A DNA stretch of 24,019 bases from Candidatus Hydrogenedentota bacterium (GTDB taxonomy: Bacteria > Hydrogenedentota > Hydrogenedentia > Hydrogenedentales > SLHB01). The stretch lies in NCBI GenBank assembly GCA_029974275.1, contig JARKSN010000106.1:1-24019 (forward strand), in the 5' to 3' direction. The translations under genes were made by a program, and so were the position numbers. Numbering within the stretch: the stretch's first letter is position 1; each line of letters opens with the position of its first letter. The notes under the pieces are model-generated. The model ran no database searches. It saw only the letters and a program-made list of their open reading frames with translations, and was not told where the DNA came from. This document shows, piece after piece, positions 1 through 8,763 of this stretch.

Positions 1-16
1 AACTACTGAAAAACAC
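1..16 (-). CDS. Possible 5' end of a divergent gene leaving the window (GTG start, M-F-F-S-S...)
   Basis: Minus strand reads AAGAAGGGAG-attcgt-GTG TTT TTC AGT AGT: a strong SD with 6-nt spacing. Only 5 codons are visible. Confidence 0.25.
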
Positions 17-140
17 ACGAATCTCCCTTCTTCTTTATGGGGTATGTGGGGCGGGGCGCCAACGACCAAACGAAAAGGGGAAGCAAATCACAAACGAGCC
101 AAGGTCTGCCCGGAACTCAGATTTTAATGCGATAGCCCTG

Positions 141-165
141 CCATCTGTCGCGTCCATCTGTCGCG
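141..165. repeat. 12-bp direct repeat CCATCTGTCGCG x2 (13-bp period)
   Basis: Exact copies at 141-152 and 154-165, in non-coding DNA upstream of the wzz-like gene. Confidence 0.8.
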
Positions 166-306
166 GCGCAGGGGACGCAGCCGATGCGCCAAGCCGGAGG
201 TTTGCGTATCGCTGCCGGTTCTGGCAAACTGGCCGCGCCGAACGAAAGTCGCGCAAAATGCGCGATGGCGGTTCGTTTTCCGTTGTTAAAACAAGGAGTG
301 GAAACG

Positions 307-1686
307 TTGCCGTTGCCCATGGATGATAGTTTGTCGCTTCCTGTAGCGCTCATGTGGATCAGGCTGAACGCGGTCAGGATTTTTCTTGGCGGCGTGGTGT
401 TTGCACTGCTTGCGGCGCCAATAGCGTTCTTCATGCCCAAAAGCTACCGGTCGGAGGTGACGCTGTTCGTATCTCCTCCCGTCTTCAAGGATGATTCGCC
501 GGTGACATCGGGGCGGACCTCGACCGTCAAGCAAGACAGCATAGCGGAATTGATGCCGCCGGCCTTGCCGATGGAGGCCTACAAAGTCGTCGCCCTCTCG
601 GCCCCCGTCCTCAAGGAAGTCATCGTCAGAATTCCATTGCACAACACGCGCATTCAGTCGCTTCGCAACTTGCTCCAAGTGGAACTGATACGCCTGGACA
701 CCCGCGGAACGCAGGGCCCCACGTACACCCAGACGCTGGTTTTCCGCACCAGCGCGGCGAGCGCGGATTTGGCGGCCAAGATCGCCGAGACCTGGAGCGA
801 GGTGTTCAAGGAACAGGTCGATTCCGTGGCCACGGAACGAATGCGCCGAACGTCGTCCCTGTTGGAAGCGCTGCACAACGCGACCCGCGCCGCTCTGGAA
901 CAGGCCAATAGCGCCCTTGCGGATCACCAGAAAGCCTGGAACTTGGAACTCATCAAGGCGCAGTTGGACGCGCGACAGAAACAGATGACCGAATTTGAAG
1001 CGCTTCTAAAACAGACGGAGGTGGATCTGGCGTCGGGCGAGAGAAAACAGGAGGCCCTTCGCGCCGAACGGGCCAAGGAATCCCCGAAGGACGTCTATTT
1101 CCGCGCCCCGTCAGACGACGCGTATTGGATCGCAGGAGCGCAGGGCGGCGCTGTCAAAATGACCCCGGACAAAGGGCTGCGCACCGAAGAAGCAAATAAA
1201 ACGTACCTGGCGATTCGGACGGAAGAGGTGCGCGTCAACCAAGAAACGGAAGGGCTGAAAGCAACGAAAGACATGCTCCTCCTCAAATTGGATGATCTGC
1301 GGAAGGAAATCGACGCTCTGACGGTCACGCTTGCGGAAAAGACGCTCGAACGCGACAAATTTATCCTGGAATCGGACAGCTTGAAGACCAGTTACGCATT
1401 GGTGCGCACCGAATACGAAAAAAGCCGCATGGCCGAGCAAGCGCAAGCAAGCGATATCGTGATTGCGGGGAAGGCCATCGCCCCCTACGCGCCGAGCAGC
1501 GCAAGCCCCGCAAAAATCATTCTGCTGGCGGGTCTCATCGGCATGTGCGCGACGGGCGGCTTCTTGTTGCTCAAGGCAGTAAGCGAAATGGCATTGCTCC
1601 CCGAGGGGGTTGGGCTGGCCGCCGCGCTGTTGCCGCACGTGTACGGCGCGGATCGGGACAAGGCGCCCCCTCGCCGCGAAGAATGA
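307..1686 (+). CDS. Wzz/GumC-like polysaccharide chain-length determinant (co-polymerase), no tyrosine-kinase domain
   Basis: N-terminal TM followed by 'PKSYRSEVTLFV', long coiled-coil periplasmic region, Pro-rich 'AIAPYAPSSASP' before a C-terminal TM with 'AGLIG'. SD AAGGAG (293-298) favours TTG 307; ATG 319 is the alternative. Confidence 0.8.
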   Translation: MPLPMDDSLSLPVALMWIRLNAVRIFLGGVVFALLAAPIAFFMPKSYRSEVTLFVSPPVFKDDSPVTSGRTSTVKQDSIAELMPPALPMEAYKVVALSAPVLKEVIVRIPLHNTRIQSLRNLLQVELIRLDTRGTQGPTYTQTLVFRTSAASADLAAKIAETWSEVFKEQVDSVATERMRRTSSLLEALHNATRAALEQANSALADHQKAWNLELIKAQLDARQKQMTEFEALLKQTEVDLASGERKQEALRAERAKESPKDVYFRAPSDDAYWIAGAQGGAVKMTPDKGLRTEEANKTYLAIRTEEVRVNQETEGLKATKDMLLLKLDDLRKEIDALTVTLAEKTLERDKFILESDSLKTSYALVRTEYEKSRMAEQAQASDIVIAGKAIAPYAPSSASPAKIILLAGLIGMCATGGFLLLKAVSEMALLPEGVGLAAALLPHVYGADRDKAPPRREE

Positions 1687-1788
1687 CGCGTTCTCGCGCA
1701 TCGTCGCCAAGCGACGCAGAACTTCCCGACCGTCCCATGCGCAGCGGAGGCGGGCGGAGACCAGGGAAATGCATACATGAGGAACCCA

Positions 1789-3597
1789 ATGAGAATGACG
1801 AAGCGCTTGGCCGCGTATTGTCTGTTGCCTGTCTTCTGGGGAGCGAGTTTCCTGATCCTTGGTTGTGAACCCAACGGGGCCCCATCGCAAGCAAACACGA
1901 TGGCCGCCTCTCCCGCCGCTTCGGCCAGAGAGGACAAGGACGGCAAACCGTCCCAACCGACGCCAAGCGTCCCTTTCACCACACAATCCGATCAGGAAGA
2001 GCCGGCGGGCAATGACTTTGTGGCATTGTACGAACGGCAACGGCGGGCCCGCCAAAACGGAGACGTCTCCGAAGCGACCGACCGCGATTTTGATGCCCAA
2101 TGGAAGGCGCTGACCGAGCGGATGACGCCGCAGCTTTTGATCGACGGCGTGGAATTTCTTGCGGTGGACGTTAAAGCCACCGGCGAACGGGAATATACGT
2201 TCTCGTTTTTGTTCCGTTCCACGAAGGATTTGGACACGGACTATCATCTATCGGTTTTGGCGGGGGTGTCTTCCTCGCATATCGATCTTCTGCCCGAGGC
2301 GGATCGCGCGCGGCAACGTTCCCAATGGACCCGTCTCCTGAAGAAAGACGAGGCCACTTCGCACTGGAAACAGAATGAATGCCATGTGGTGAGCCTTAAG
2401 GTCTCCACCGCGCTCATCCCGTACAACCTGCGCCTGTTCTTGCACACCCGCGACCCGCAAGGCCACTGGACCGCCGACGTGGGACAAATCCTGCCTCTAG
2501 GATGGCAGTGGGCCGTTTTCGACGAGAAGCCGTTCCTTTCCAAGATTGAGGCGTGCAACGATTTCGCCGCCCTGTATGAACTCGTCGCCGCATCTCTTCC
2601 CGCGTCGAAAACGATCGCCCAAGCCGTGGACGAACGGTGGAAGGTTTTGACGCAGGGCGTTGAACCCAAACCTCTGATCGACGGGTTGGACTGTTTGGGC
2701 GTCGAAACCCAGGCGACCGGCGAGCAGGAATACACGTTTTCGTTTCTGTTCCGTTGCGCCAAGGACATAGATGTCGACTATCACCTCTCGGTTCAGGGAT
2801 ATGTGTTCCCGTCGAATATCGCCCGGCTGCCCGAAAGGGACCGAGAACGGGAATACGCCCAATGGACCCGTGTTCTTCGAGGAGAAGAGGCGACGTCGCG
2901 ATGGAAGCAAGGCGAACATCACGTGGTGCGCCTGAGCGTTCCCACAGAGCTCATCCCCTACAACCTGCGCTTGTTTCTGCACACCCGCGACCAGCAGGGA
3001 GTCTGGGTCGCCGATGTAGGACAGACGCTTGCCTTGGGCTGGCAGTGGGCGGCGTTCGATGAGACGTCGTTTCTCGCCAAGCTGGAAGCCTGTAACGATT
3101 ACGCGACGCTCTACGCGATGGCGCCTGCGGCCCTGCACATCCCGGAGTCCCTAGAGAAAGCCATCGGCGCAAAATGGGAGACGCTGACCCGGAACGCAAC
3201 GCCCCAGCCCATGGTTGCAGGGTTGGACTGCCTTGGCGTTCAGACCAAGGCGATCGGCGACAAGGAATACGCTTTTTCATTTCTGTTTCGCGCCGCGACG
3301 GATATGCACGTCGATTACCACATGAGCGTTGTCGGGCGCGTGGATCCGGGCCATCTGCGCTATATCGAACCCTCCAGACCCGGAGCGAATTATGCCAGCT
3401 GGATGCTCTTTCTTTACGACGATCCAACGTCGCTGTGGAAAGCGGGCGAATATCATGTGGCGCAACTGCGGGTCAAGACGGCGCTTATTCCTTTCGACAT
3501 GAGCGCTGTGCTGCAAACCCGGGATGCGCAACGCAAATGGACGGGCGATCATGGAAACCGGCTCGAATTGGGCTGGCAGGCGGATATCCTGAACTGA
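1789..3597 (+). CDS. Putative lipoprotein with three tandem ~179-aa repeats of unknown function
   Basis: Signal peptide ending in lipobox LILG-C, Pro/Ser-rich linker, then 3 repeats sharing EYxFSFLFR, DYHxSV, TSxWKxxExHV, LIP(Y/F), LGWQ. SD GAGGA precedes ATG 1789; 1777 and 1795 are alternatives. Confidence 0.8.
   Translation: MRMTKRLAAYCLLPVFWGASFLILGCEPNGAPSQANTMAASPAASAREDKDGKPSQPTPSVPFTTQSDQEEPAGNDFVALYERQRRARQNGDVSEATDRDFDAQWKALTERMTPQLLIDGVEFLAVDVKATGEREYTFSFLFRSTKDLDTDYHLSVLAGVSSSHIDLLPEADRARQRSQWTRLLKKDEATSHWKQNECHVVSLKVSTALIPYNLRLFLHTRDPQGHWTADVGQILPLGWQWAVFDEKPFLSKIEACNDFAALYELVAASLPASKTIAQAVDERWKVLTQGVEPKPLIDGLDCLGVETQATGEQEYTFSFLFRCAKDIDVDYHLSVQGYVFPSNIARLPERDREREYAQWTRVLRGEEATSRWKQGEHHVVRLSVPTELIPYNLRLFLHTRDQQGVWVADVGQTLALGWQWAAFDETSFLAKLEACNDYATLYAMAPAALHIPESLEKAIGAKWETLTRNATPQPMVAGLDCLGVQTKAIGDKEYAFSFLFRAATDMHVDYHMSVVGRVDPGHLRYIEPSRPGANYASWMLFLYDDPTSLWKAGEYHVAQLRVKTALIPFDMSAVLQTRDAQRKWTGDHGNRLELGWQADILN
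2101..3594 (+). repeat. Intragenic tandem repeat, 537-nt period, 3 units
   Basis: Equivalent Trp codons at 2101, 2638 and 3175; conserved blocks visible at DNA level (e.g. TACAACCTGCGC...CTGCACACCCGCGACC-like in units 1 and 2). Confidence 0.9.
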
Positions 3598-3741
3598 AAC
3601 GCTGACTTGTCTGCCCGCGATCGCCGCCATGACTTCCTTCCGCCGGACGCGCGGTCGCAGCGGAAATGCACGGGCTCATTCCGGTTCCGCGACCATGCCA
3701 TCCCCTCTATAAGCGCACGGATGCCTGCACAGAGAAGCGGC

Positions 3742-4575
3742 CTATCCCTTTACGGCGCCGGAGGTGATGCCCTGGATGTAGGACTTCATGCCGAACCAGA
3801 AGACGATCAACGCAGGGATGGACGCGACGACGTAACCGGCGGCTTGGATGCCGAGGTCGGCGCGGGAACTGACGCGTTTGTCGACGGGGTTGAAGTGAAG
3901 CAGGGCCTGCATGAGGGTCTCGCGTTCGGGCGCGTTGATGATGAGCAGCGGCCAGATAAGATCGTTGTAAAGGCCGAGGAAGGTCATGATGCCGACGGTG
4001 ACGAGGATCGGCGAGCTCAGGGGAACGGCGATGTGGTAGATGCACTGGAGTTCGGATGCGCCCTCGACGCGAGCCGCCTCGAACAGTTCCTCGGGCAGGG
4101 ATTGCAGAAAATTGCGGAGCAGGAAGATGCCCACGACTTGTCCGCCCGCAACGTAGAACAGCCAGAGGCCCCAATAGGTGTCGCGCAGGCTTAGATTCAC
4201 GGCCAGGATGTAGTTCGGCGTGAGCAGGAGCATGCCGGGCACCATCATCAGGGCAAGGATAAGATAGAACAAGACCTCGCGCCCGGCAAAACGCAGCCGC
4301 GCAAAGGCATAGCCCGAAAGCGTGGCGAACACGAGCACGCCGGCGACGGAACTCAACGATATCCACAGGGTGTTCAACGCGGGCCGGGTGAGCAACGCCA
4401 CGGCGCGCGCGTAATTGGTCCAGTGCGGCGGATAGGGAAGTCCCCAGAAGTTGCCGAAGATGTCGAGCGACTTGCGCAACGACATGGCCGCCATCATGAA
4501 CAACGGAACGAAGCACAGGAACAGCAGCGCCGCCAATGCCGCGATGCTGAGCGTCTGCCGGAATGCGCTGCGCAT
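3742..4575 (-). CDS. Carbohydrate ABC transporter permease (MalG-like)
   Basis: Multiple TM helices, 'GYAFARLRFAGR', EAA loop 'LPEELFEAARVEGAS', C-terminal 'GITSGAVKG'. ATG 4575 lies 2 nt after the upstream stop. Confidence 0.93.
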   Translation of the reverse strand: MRSAFRQTLSIAALAALLFLCFVPLFMMAAMSLRKSLDIFGNFWGLPYPPHWTNYARAVALLTRPALNTLWISLSSVAGVLVFATLSGYAFARLRFAGREVLFYLILALMMVPGMLLLTPNYILAVNLSLRDTYWGLWLFYVAGGQVVGIFLLRNFLQSLPEELFEAARVEGASELQCIYHIAVPLSSPILVTVGIMTFLGLYNDLIWPLLIINAPERETLMQALLHFNPVDKRVSSRADLGIQAAGYVVASIPALIVFWFGMKSYIQGITSGAVKG

Positions 4576-4577
4576 GC

Positions 4578-6587
4578 CTAGTCCTCCCGGGAACGAAATA
4601 GGCGGTTGTTGAGGAGCGTCGCCGCCAATACCAACGCGAACAAGAACACGCCGATCGCGGAAGCATACCCGAGGTTCATGCCTTCGGCGGTCTGAAAGAA
4701 CATCTGCAACGCGGGCACGTACGTGGCGATGCCCGGACCGCCCCCGGTGAATACGAGCACGCTGGTGAAATCCTGGATGCTGCCGATGAATGTGAGCACG
4801 ATGAGCAGACGAATTTGCGGCATGATCAGCGGGACGTCGATGCGGAGGAATCGTCCCATGATCGAGACGCCGTCGATGGCGGAGGCCTCGTGAATGTCGC
4901 GGCTGATGTTGATCAGGCCGCCGAGCAGAATCAAGAACGCGAAGACGTTGACCCACGGAAATCCTGAAAATACGATCGCCCAGATCGCCAACCGTTCATC
5001 GGCCAGCCATGCATGTTTCCAGGACTCAAGTCCCATGACCTCCAAAATCTTGTTCAGCAGGCCGATGTTGGGGCTGTAGATGAGTTTCCACAGAAGCACG
5101 GAGATCAAGCCCGGCACGACGGCGGGGAAAACAAAAAAAGTGCGCATGGCTTGGCGCAGGCGGTCATTCGCGAGCCAGAAGACCAGTTCCGCCACGAGCA
5201 AGGGCACGGTCAACGTTTTGACAAGGCCCGTGACGAGGAAGATGAACATGTTTTTCATGCCGACCCAGACGTAGGGGTCGTGAAACATTTTCCGGTAGTT
5301 GTCGAGTCCCGTGAATTCCATGGGCGCCGAGAGCGACAGCTTCATGAAAGAATAGAGGAAGGCCGTCGCGACGGGGTAGTAGCAGAACACGAGCAACATG
5401 GCGAAAGTCGGCGCGAGGAGCAGATAGGCGGTGCGCCCCTGGCGGATGCGCAGGAAAGCCAACCGCGCCGTGCGCGAAAGCCGCGCGCTGAAAACCGTGA
5501 TGGCGCAGAGCAAGGCCAGGGCGATCAACGGATTGCCCGCATAGGCAACGGTCCGCATGGTCGCGGCATTGCCGAGTCCCTCGGTCTCTGACAAGCGCAG
5601 AATCTCCGTCGCGCCGGTGGTGCACAGAATGCGTGCGTCGTCGCCTTCGACCAGCAAGGCGGCGATGCCATTGCGGCGATCGGCGGCCGGCAGCGCGCAC
5701 AGCAAACGTCCGGCGGCGTTGCACACATACGCCGCCGCGCGGTCGTCCGCCGCGATCAAAAAACGCCCGTCTGTCGAGAAGACCGTTTGCCGAATCCCAA
5801 ACCGCGACAGGCCGCGCCGCCAGACTTCCTGACCGTCCGCATTGATCAAGGCGAGGCCGCCGCGCGCATCGCCCACGAGAATCCGTCCATCGCGCGCGAC
5901 GCTCAACGACTGGGGCGGTTGAAAGAGAACGGTTTCCCATTCTCGGGCGCCGCGGGCGTTCACCTTGCCCAGACGGCCATGGACGGTCGCGTAGATCGCG
6001 TCTTCGCCCGACGCCGCCACGAAACGCGTCGCAAAATTCAGTGGAATGCCCGGCGGAACCGGGCCCGTCAACGGATCCTTCACGATGCTCAGAAAATAGT
6101 CCGGGCCATAGCCGTCTGCGCCGTGACAGACGGCGAGCGCGCCGTTCGACAACGCGGCGAGGCCAAAGACGCGGTGGGGGGCGTCAAGCGTCGCCAAGGG
6201 CTCGAGCGCAGGGCCGAAGACGGCGATCCGGACGCCTCCGTGGGCGGCGTACGTGCGACCGCCATGCGGATCCGCCGTCAATGCGCTCAAGGGCAGCGGC
6301 GGATCGCCCGCGGGAGCGACATGCAAGAGGGCGTCGAGGTCCGCAACTGCATCGCGGGACACGAGGCGAATGCTCCCGTCGCTTTCGCCTTGCACCCAGC
6401 CCTTGTCCGTCGAAACGGCGCGCGCGGGCGTTTGAGAAAGCGTTTCCGCAGGTACGCGCATTGCTGCGGCACGCCGCTCCAGCGCGATATAGGAGCCGTT
6501 CAGCACGACAAGTCCCGCGCCGCACGCCAGCGCGACGAGGATCGCCGTGAAGCGCCGGGCAGGGGACAGGAGAGGCGCGTCGCTCAT
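4578..6587 (-). CDS. Carbohydrate ABC transporter permease (MalF-like) with N-terminal extracytoplasmic beta-propeller-like domain
   Basis: C-terminal ~290 aa has 'AYLLLAP', 'FTGLDNY', EAA loop 'IHEASAIDGVS', 'GYASAIG'. N-terminal TM plus ~310 aa with blade-like motifs (SVARDGRILVGD, VFSTDGRFLIAA). Start ATG 6587 or GTG 6593 overlapping the upstream TGA. Confidence 0.88.
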   Translation of the reverse strand: MSDAPLLSPARRFTAILVALACGAGLVVLNGSYIALERRAAAMRVPAETLSQTPARAVSTDKGWVQGESDGSIRLVSRDAVADLDALLHVAPAGDPPLPLSALTADPHGGRTYAAHGGVRIAVFGPALEPLATLDAPHRVFGLAALSNGALAVCHGADGYGPDYFLSIVKDPLTGPVPPGIPLNFATRFVAASGEDAIYATVHGRLGKVNARGAREWETVLFQPPQSLSVARDGRILVGDARGGLALINADGQEVWRRGLSRFGIRQTVFSTDGRFLIAADDRAAAYVCNAAGRLLCALPAADRRNGIAALLVEGDDARILCTTGATEILRLSETEGLGNAATMRTVAYAGNPLIALALLCAITVFSARLSRTARLAFLRIRQGRTAYLLLAPTFAMLLVFCYYPVATAFLYSFMKLSLSAPMEFTGLDNYRKMFHDPYVWVGMKNMFIFLVTGLVKTLTVPLLVAELVFWLANDRLRQAMRTFFVFPAVVPGLISVLLWKLIYSPNIGLLNKILEVMGLESWKHAWLADERLAIWAIVFSGFPWVNVFAFLILLGGLINISRDIHEASAIDGVSIMGRFLRIDVPLIMPQIRLLIVLTFIGSIQDFTSVLVFTGGGPGIATYVPALQMFFQTAEGMNLGYASAIGVFLFALVLAATLLNNRLFRSRED

Positions 6588-6589
6588 GT

Positions 6590-8167
6590 TCACTCCGCCT
6601 TGTACAGCGATGGGTCCGCCTCGGGATGATCGAGGAGGGACATCGGCATGCCGTTTTTCCTCAGGGTTTCCTCGACGGACGCCTCGGCGAAGGCCTGGAA
6701 TCGTTTCGCCCCCTCTTCGCAGTCGATGCGGCCCTGGATGATCTGAACGAGCATTTGGCGCGCGTCTTGGGTGAGGCGGCTTCCCTGCGGCGCGAGACCG
6801 AACAGGCGGTTGACGTCGTTCTCGGCATTGCCGATCATGGCATAGACGGCGTTCATGCGCTCATATTTCTCGGGGATTTTCACGCCGCGCACCATGAGCT
6901 TGCCCGCTGGTCGGAATTCCTTCTCGGCGATAGAACCATCGATGAACACTTGATGTCCCGGCGCGGACAACCAGAACATGACGAAATCAACGCAGCGATC
7001 GATCTGGGGCTGGTTTTTCGCGACGATGCTGACGTAGACGCCCGCCGAGGATTCGATGCTGCGCGCGGGAGCCTTCACAAGCGGACCGGTGAGGGAGGGC
7101 GGCTCGAACGTCGCCCATCGGAACGCGCGCAAGGGGCCAGACCCGCCTTTGTGATTGCGCAGATCCTCCATGTCCTCGTCGATCTGCGGGAGCAACCACG
7201 TGCCATCCAGGTGGATCGCCGCGTCCTGACGCACGAACAGACTATAGGGGTCGGCCCCCGCGCCCGCCTGCTCCACGAGAAAATCCGGCGGGGTATACCG
7301 CGCGATTTCCTTCATGCGTTCGAGGAACTCGACGAACTCCGGCGTGTCGTAGCGAATGATGCCTTTGTGTATCGCCCGTTCCAGACGCATGAGGTTGAGG
7401 GTGGGAAGGGCGCTGTTGAAGGGGTCGGCGGGATCGTATTTCCACACGCCGTCCGTTTCCGGATTGAAACACCAGTCGCCGGGTTGGGCGCGCAAGTGCT
7501 CGATATGCGGACGGCTGTACTGGTCCCACAAAATTTCGGCGAGCCATTGGTGGTAGCGGAAGTCAAAGCGGAGCGTGGTCGGTATCTTGCCCGCCGCTTG
7601 AATCTTTGCGCACACGTCCATGAACTCGGGCCACGTTTTCGGCGGCGACAGGCCCAGGCGCTCGAACATATCGACGTTGTAGAACCACATGATGTGGACG
7701 GCCTGCGTAGGGAGCATGCTGCGGATGCCCAGGGTTGTCCTGAAAACGCTGAAGTCGAAATCGAGGTCCTGGTCCCAGCGATTGCCCGTGTAAGGATTGA
7801 CACAGCGGCGGTAGTAGTCAAAGTTGACGTAATGCGCGTAGCCGACACAGTAGTTGCCCGAGACGATGTCGGGGCGGGGCTTGCCCGAAGCAAGCTGCGT
7901 GCTGAGCCACGTGGGGTAATTGTCGCTGCCGCCGACGCTGCCGCCGGTGACCTCGATCTTGATGTCGACGTCCGGCTGGAACTGTTTGTACGCCTTCGCC
8001 AAGGCGCGCAGCCCCGCCGTCTGCGTGGGATCGCCGACGGTGGCGATAACGATGGATCCGGAATACCGAGGGCGTTCGGCGGCGTGGGCCATCGCGCACA
8101 GAACAAAAGCCGCCAAGCATGCTCTGCCCGCCATGTCGCATACGTTCGCCCGTAGCCGTGTCCGCAT
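6590..8167 (-). CDS. ABC transporter extracellular solute-binding protein (sugar-binding family 1)
   Basis: Signal peptide ending AMAHA; motifs 'YKQFQPDVDIKIE', 'FYNVDMFERLGLSPPKTWPEF', 'DGTW'; directly upstream of two permeases. Start ATG 8167 or 8134. Confidence 0.88.
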   Translation of the reverse strand: MRTRLRANVCDMAGRACLAAFVLCAMAHAAERPRYSGSIVIATVGDPTQTAGLRALAKAYKQFQPDVDIKIEVTGGSVGGSDNYPTWLSTQLASGKPRPDIVSGNYCVGYAHYVNFDYYRRCVNPYTGNRWDQDLDFDFSVFRTTLGIRSMLPTQAVHIMWFYNVDMFERLGLSPPKTWPEFMDVCAKIQAAGKIPTTLRFDFRYHQWLAEILWDQYSRPHIEHLRAQPGDWCFNPETDGVWKYDPADPFNSALPTLNLMRLERAIHKGIIRYDTPEFVEFLERMKEIARYTPPDFLVEQAGAGADPYSLFVRQDAAIHLDGTWLLPQIDEDMEDLRNHKGGSGPLRAFRWATFEPPSLTGPLVKAPARSIESSAGVYVSIVAKNQPQIDRCVDFVMFWLSAPGHQVFIDGSIAEKEFRPAGKLMVRGVKIPEKYERMNAVYAMIGNAENDVNRLFGLAPQGSRLTQDARQMLVQIIQGRIDCEEGAKRFQAFAEASVEETLRKNGMPMSLLDHPEADPSLYKAE

Positions 8168-8293
8168 TGACAATGCCCCCCGGCTCATCCCGCTTGAAAC
8201 CCAATGCCGCGATTCCGACGCGAGACGCCTCCCATCCGCACGATTGAGTTGCGGCGTCACAAACGAAAACGCCCTCGCCTTTTCCCCAGCGGC

Positions 8294-8322
8294 ATTATAC
8301 ACGCTCCCGGAACCCATGGAAA
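8294..8322 (-). promoter_or_regulatory. Putative sigma70 promoter of the ABC operon
   Basis: Minus strand TTTCCA-17 nt-TATAAT. Confidence 0.55.
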
Positions 8323-8398
8323 ATCCGGGAGACGATGAATCAGGCCCCCTCCTCCCGATCCGAGGACACGCAAGCATTTTTTGGCCAGAAGATTTTTC

Positions 8399-8427
8399 TT
8401 GTATACGGGAGAAAAGTGTGATATAAG
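8399..8427 (+). promoter_or_regulatory. Putative sigma70 promoter (extended -10) of the RRM genes
   Basis: TTGTAT-17 nt-TATAAG with TG at -15/-14, in an AT-rich patch. Confidence 0.55.
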
Positions 8428-8433
8428 TACGTA

Positions 8434-8763
8434 CATGGGGTGCCGGGGTTGGCGCCCAAACAACAGATAGACGTGTGGGATAGACGGTCAAGTTTCCAAG
8501 AAAACCCTTCAAAAAGAACCAGTCCGGCCTGACGCTCTCCTTTGGTCCCTTCGCCATGAGTAGCAAGATCATCTTCGAGCGTGCGGTGCTACCAGGAGCG
8601 AAGAAAATTGCGAAAACATCGAGAAACAGACCCAAAAGCCTTCCACTCATCCGCTTTCGCGCGACGAACGCATCTGTTTTGTCTATGCCATGGGGGCAAT
8701 TCCTTGCGTCTGAGTCTGACGCAGGGTTATTTGTTGGGAATGTGACGTGAAGGAGATGTCAGC
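8434..8763 (+). promoter_or_regulatory. Long structured 5' leader of the RRM operon (candidate cis-regulatory RNA)
   Basis: Complementary segments found by eye: 8529-8543 with 8749-8762 (covers the SD), 8549-8565 with 8587-8603, hairpin 8702-8726. TSS inferred from the promoter. Confidence 0.5.

Noticed and set aside
1684..1788. The wzz-like TGA is in frame with the lipoprotein ORF with no intervening stop and is followed by a small hairpin (possible readthrough or selenocysteine)
   Set aside because: About 30 stop-free codons is ordinary at this GC content; the downstream gene has its own SD and signal peptide, and Wzz is already complete.
3653..3694. Imperfect hairpin between convergent genes
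   Set aside because: Multiple mismatches and no U-tract on either strand; not supportable as a terminator or ncRNA.
6626..8155. 509-aa antisense ORF over the binding protein (likewise 18061-19563 over kinase B and 12312-13196 over pilT)
   Set aside because: Antisense shadows of well-supported genes in GC-rich DNA.
8168..8650. 160-aa N-terminal extension of the binding protein in the ORF track
   Set aside because: It runs through both divergent promoters, and the signal peptide starts near 8167/8134.
8556..8750. 64-aa uORF in the RRM leader
   Set aside because: No SD before ATG 8556 and no recognisable features. Not strictly excluded: its stop abuts the RRM SD, so ribosome profiling would be decisive.
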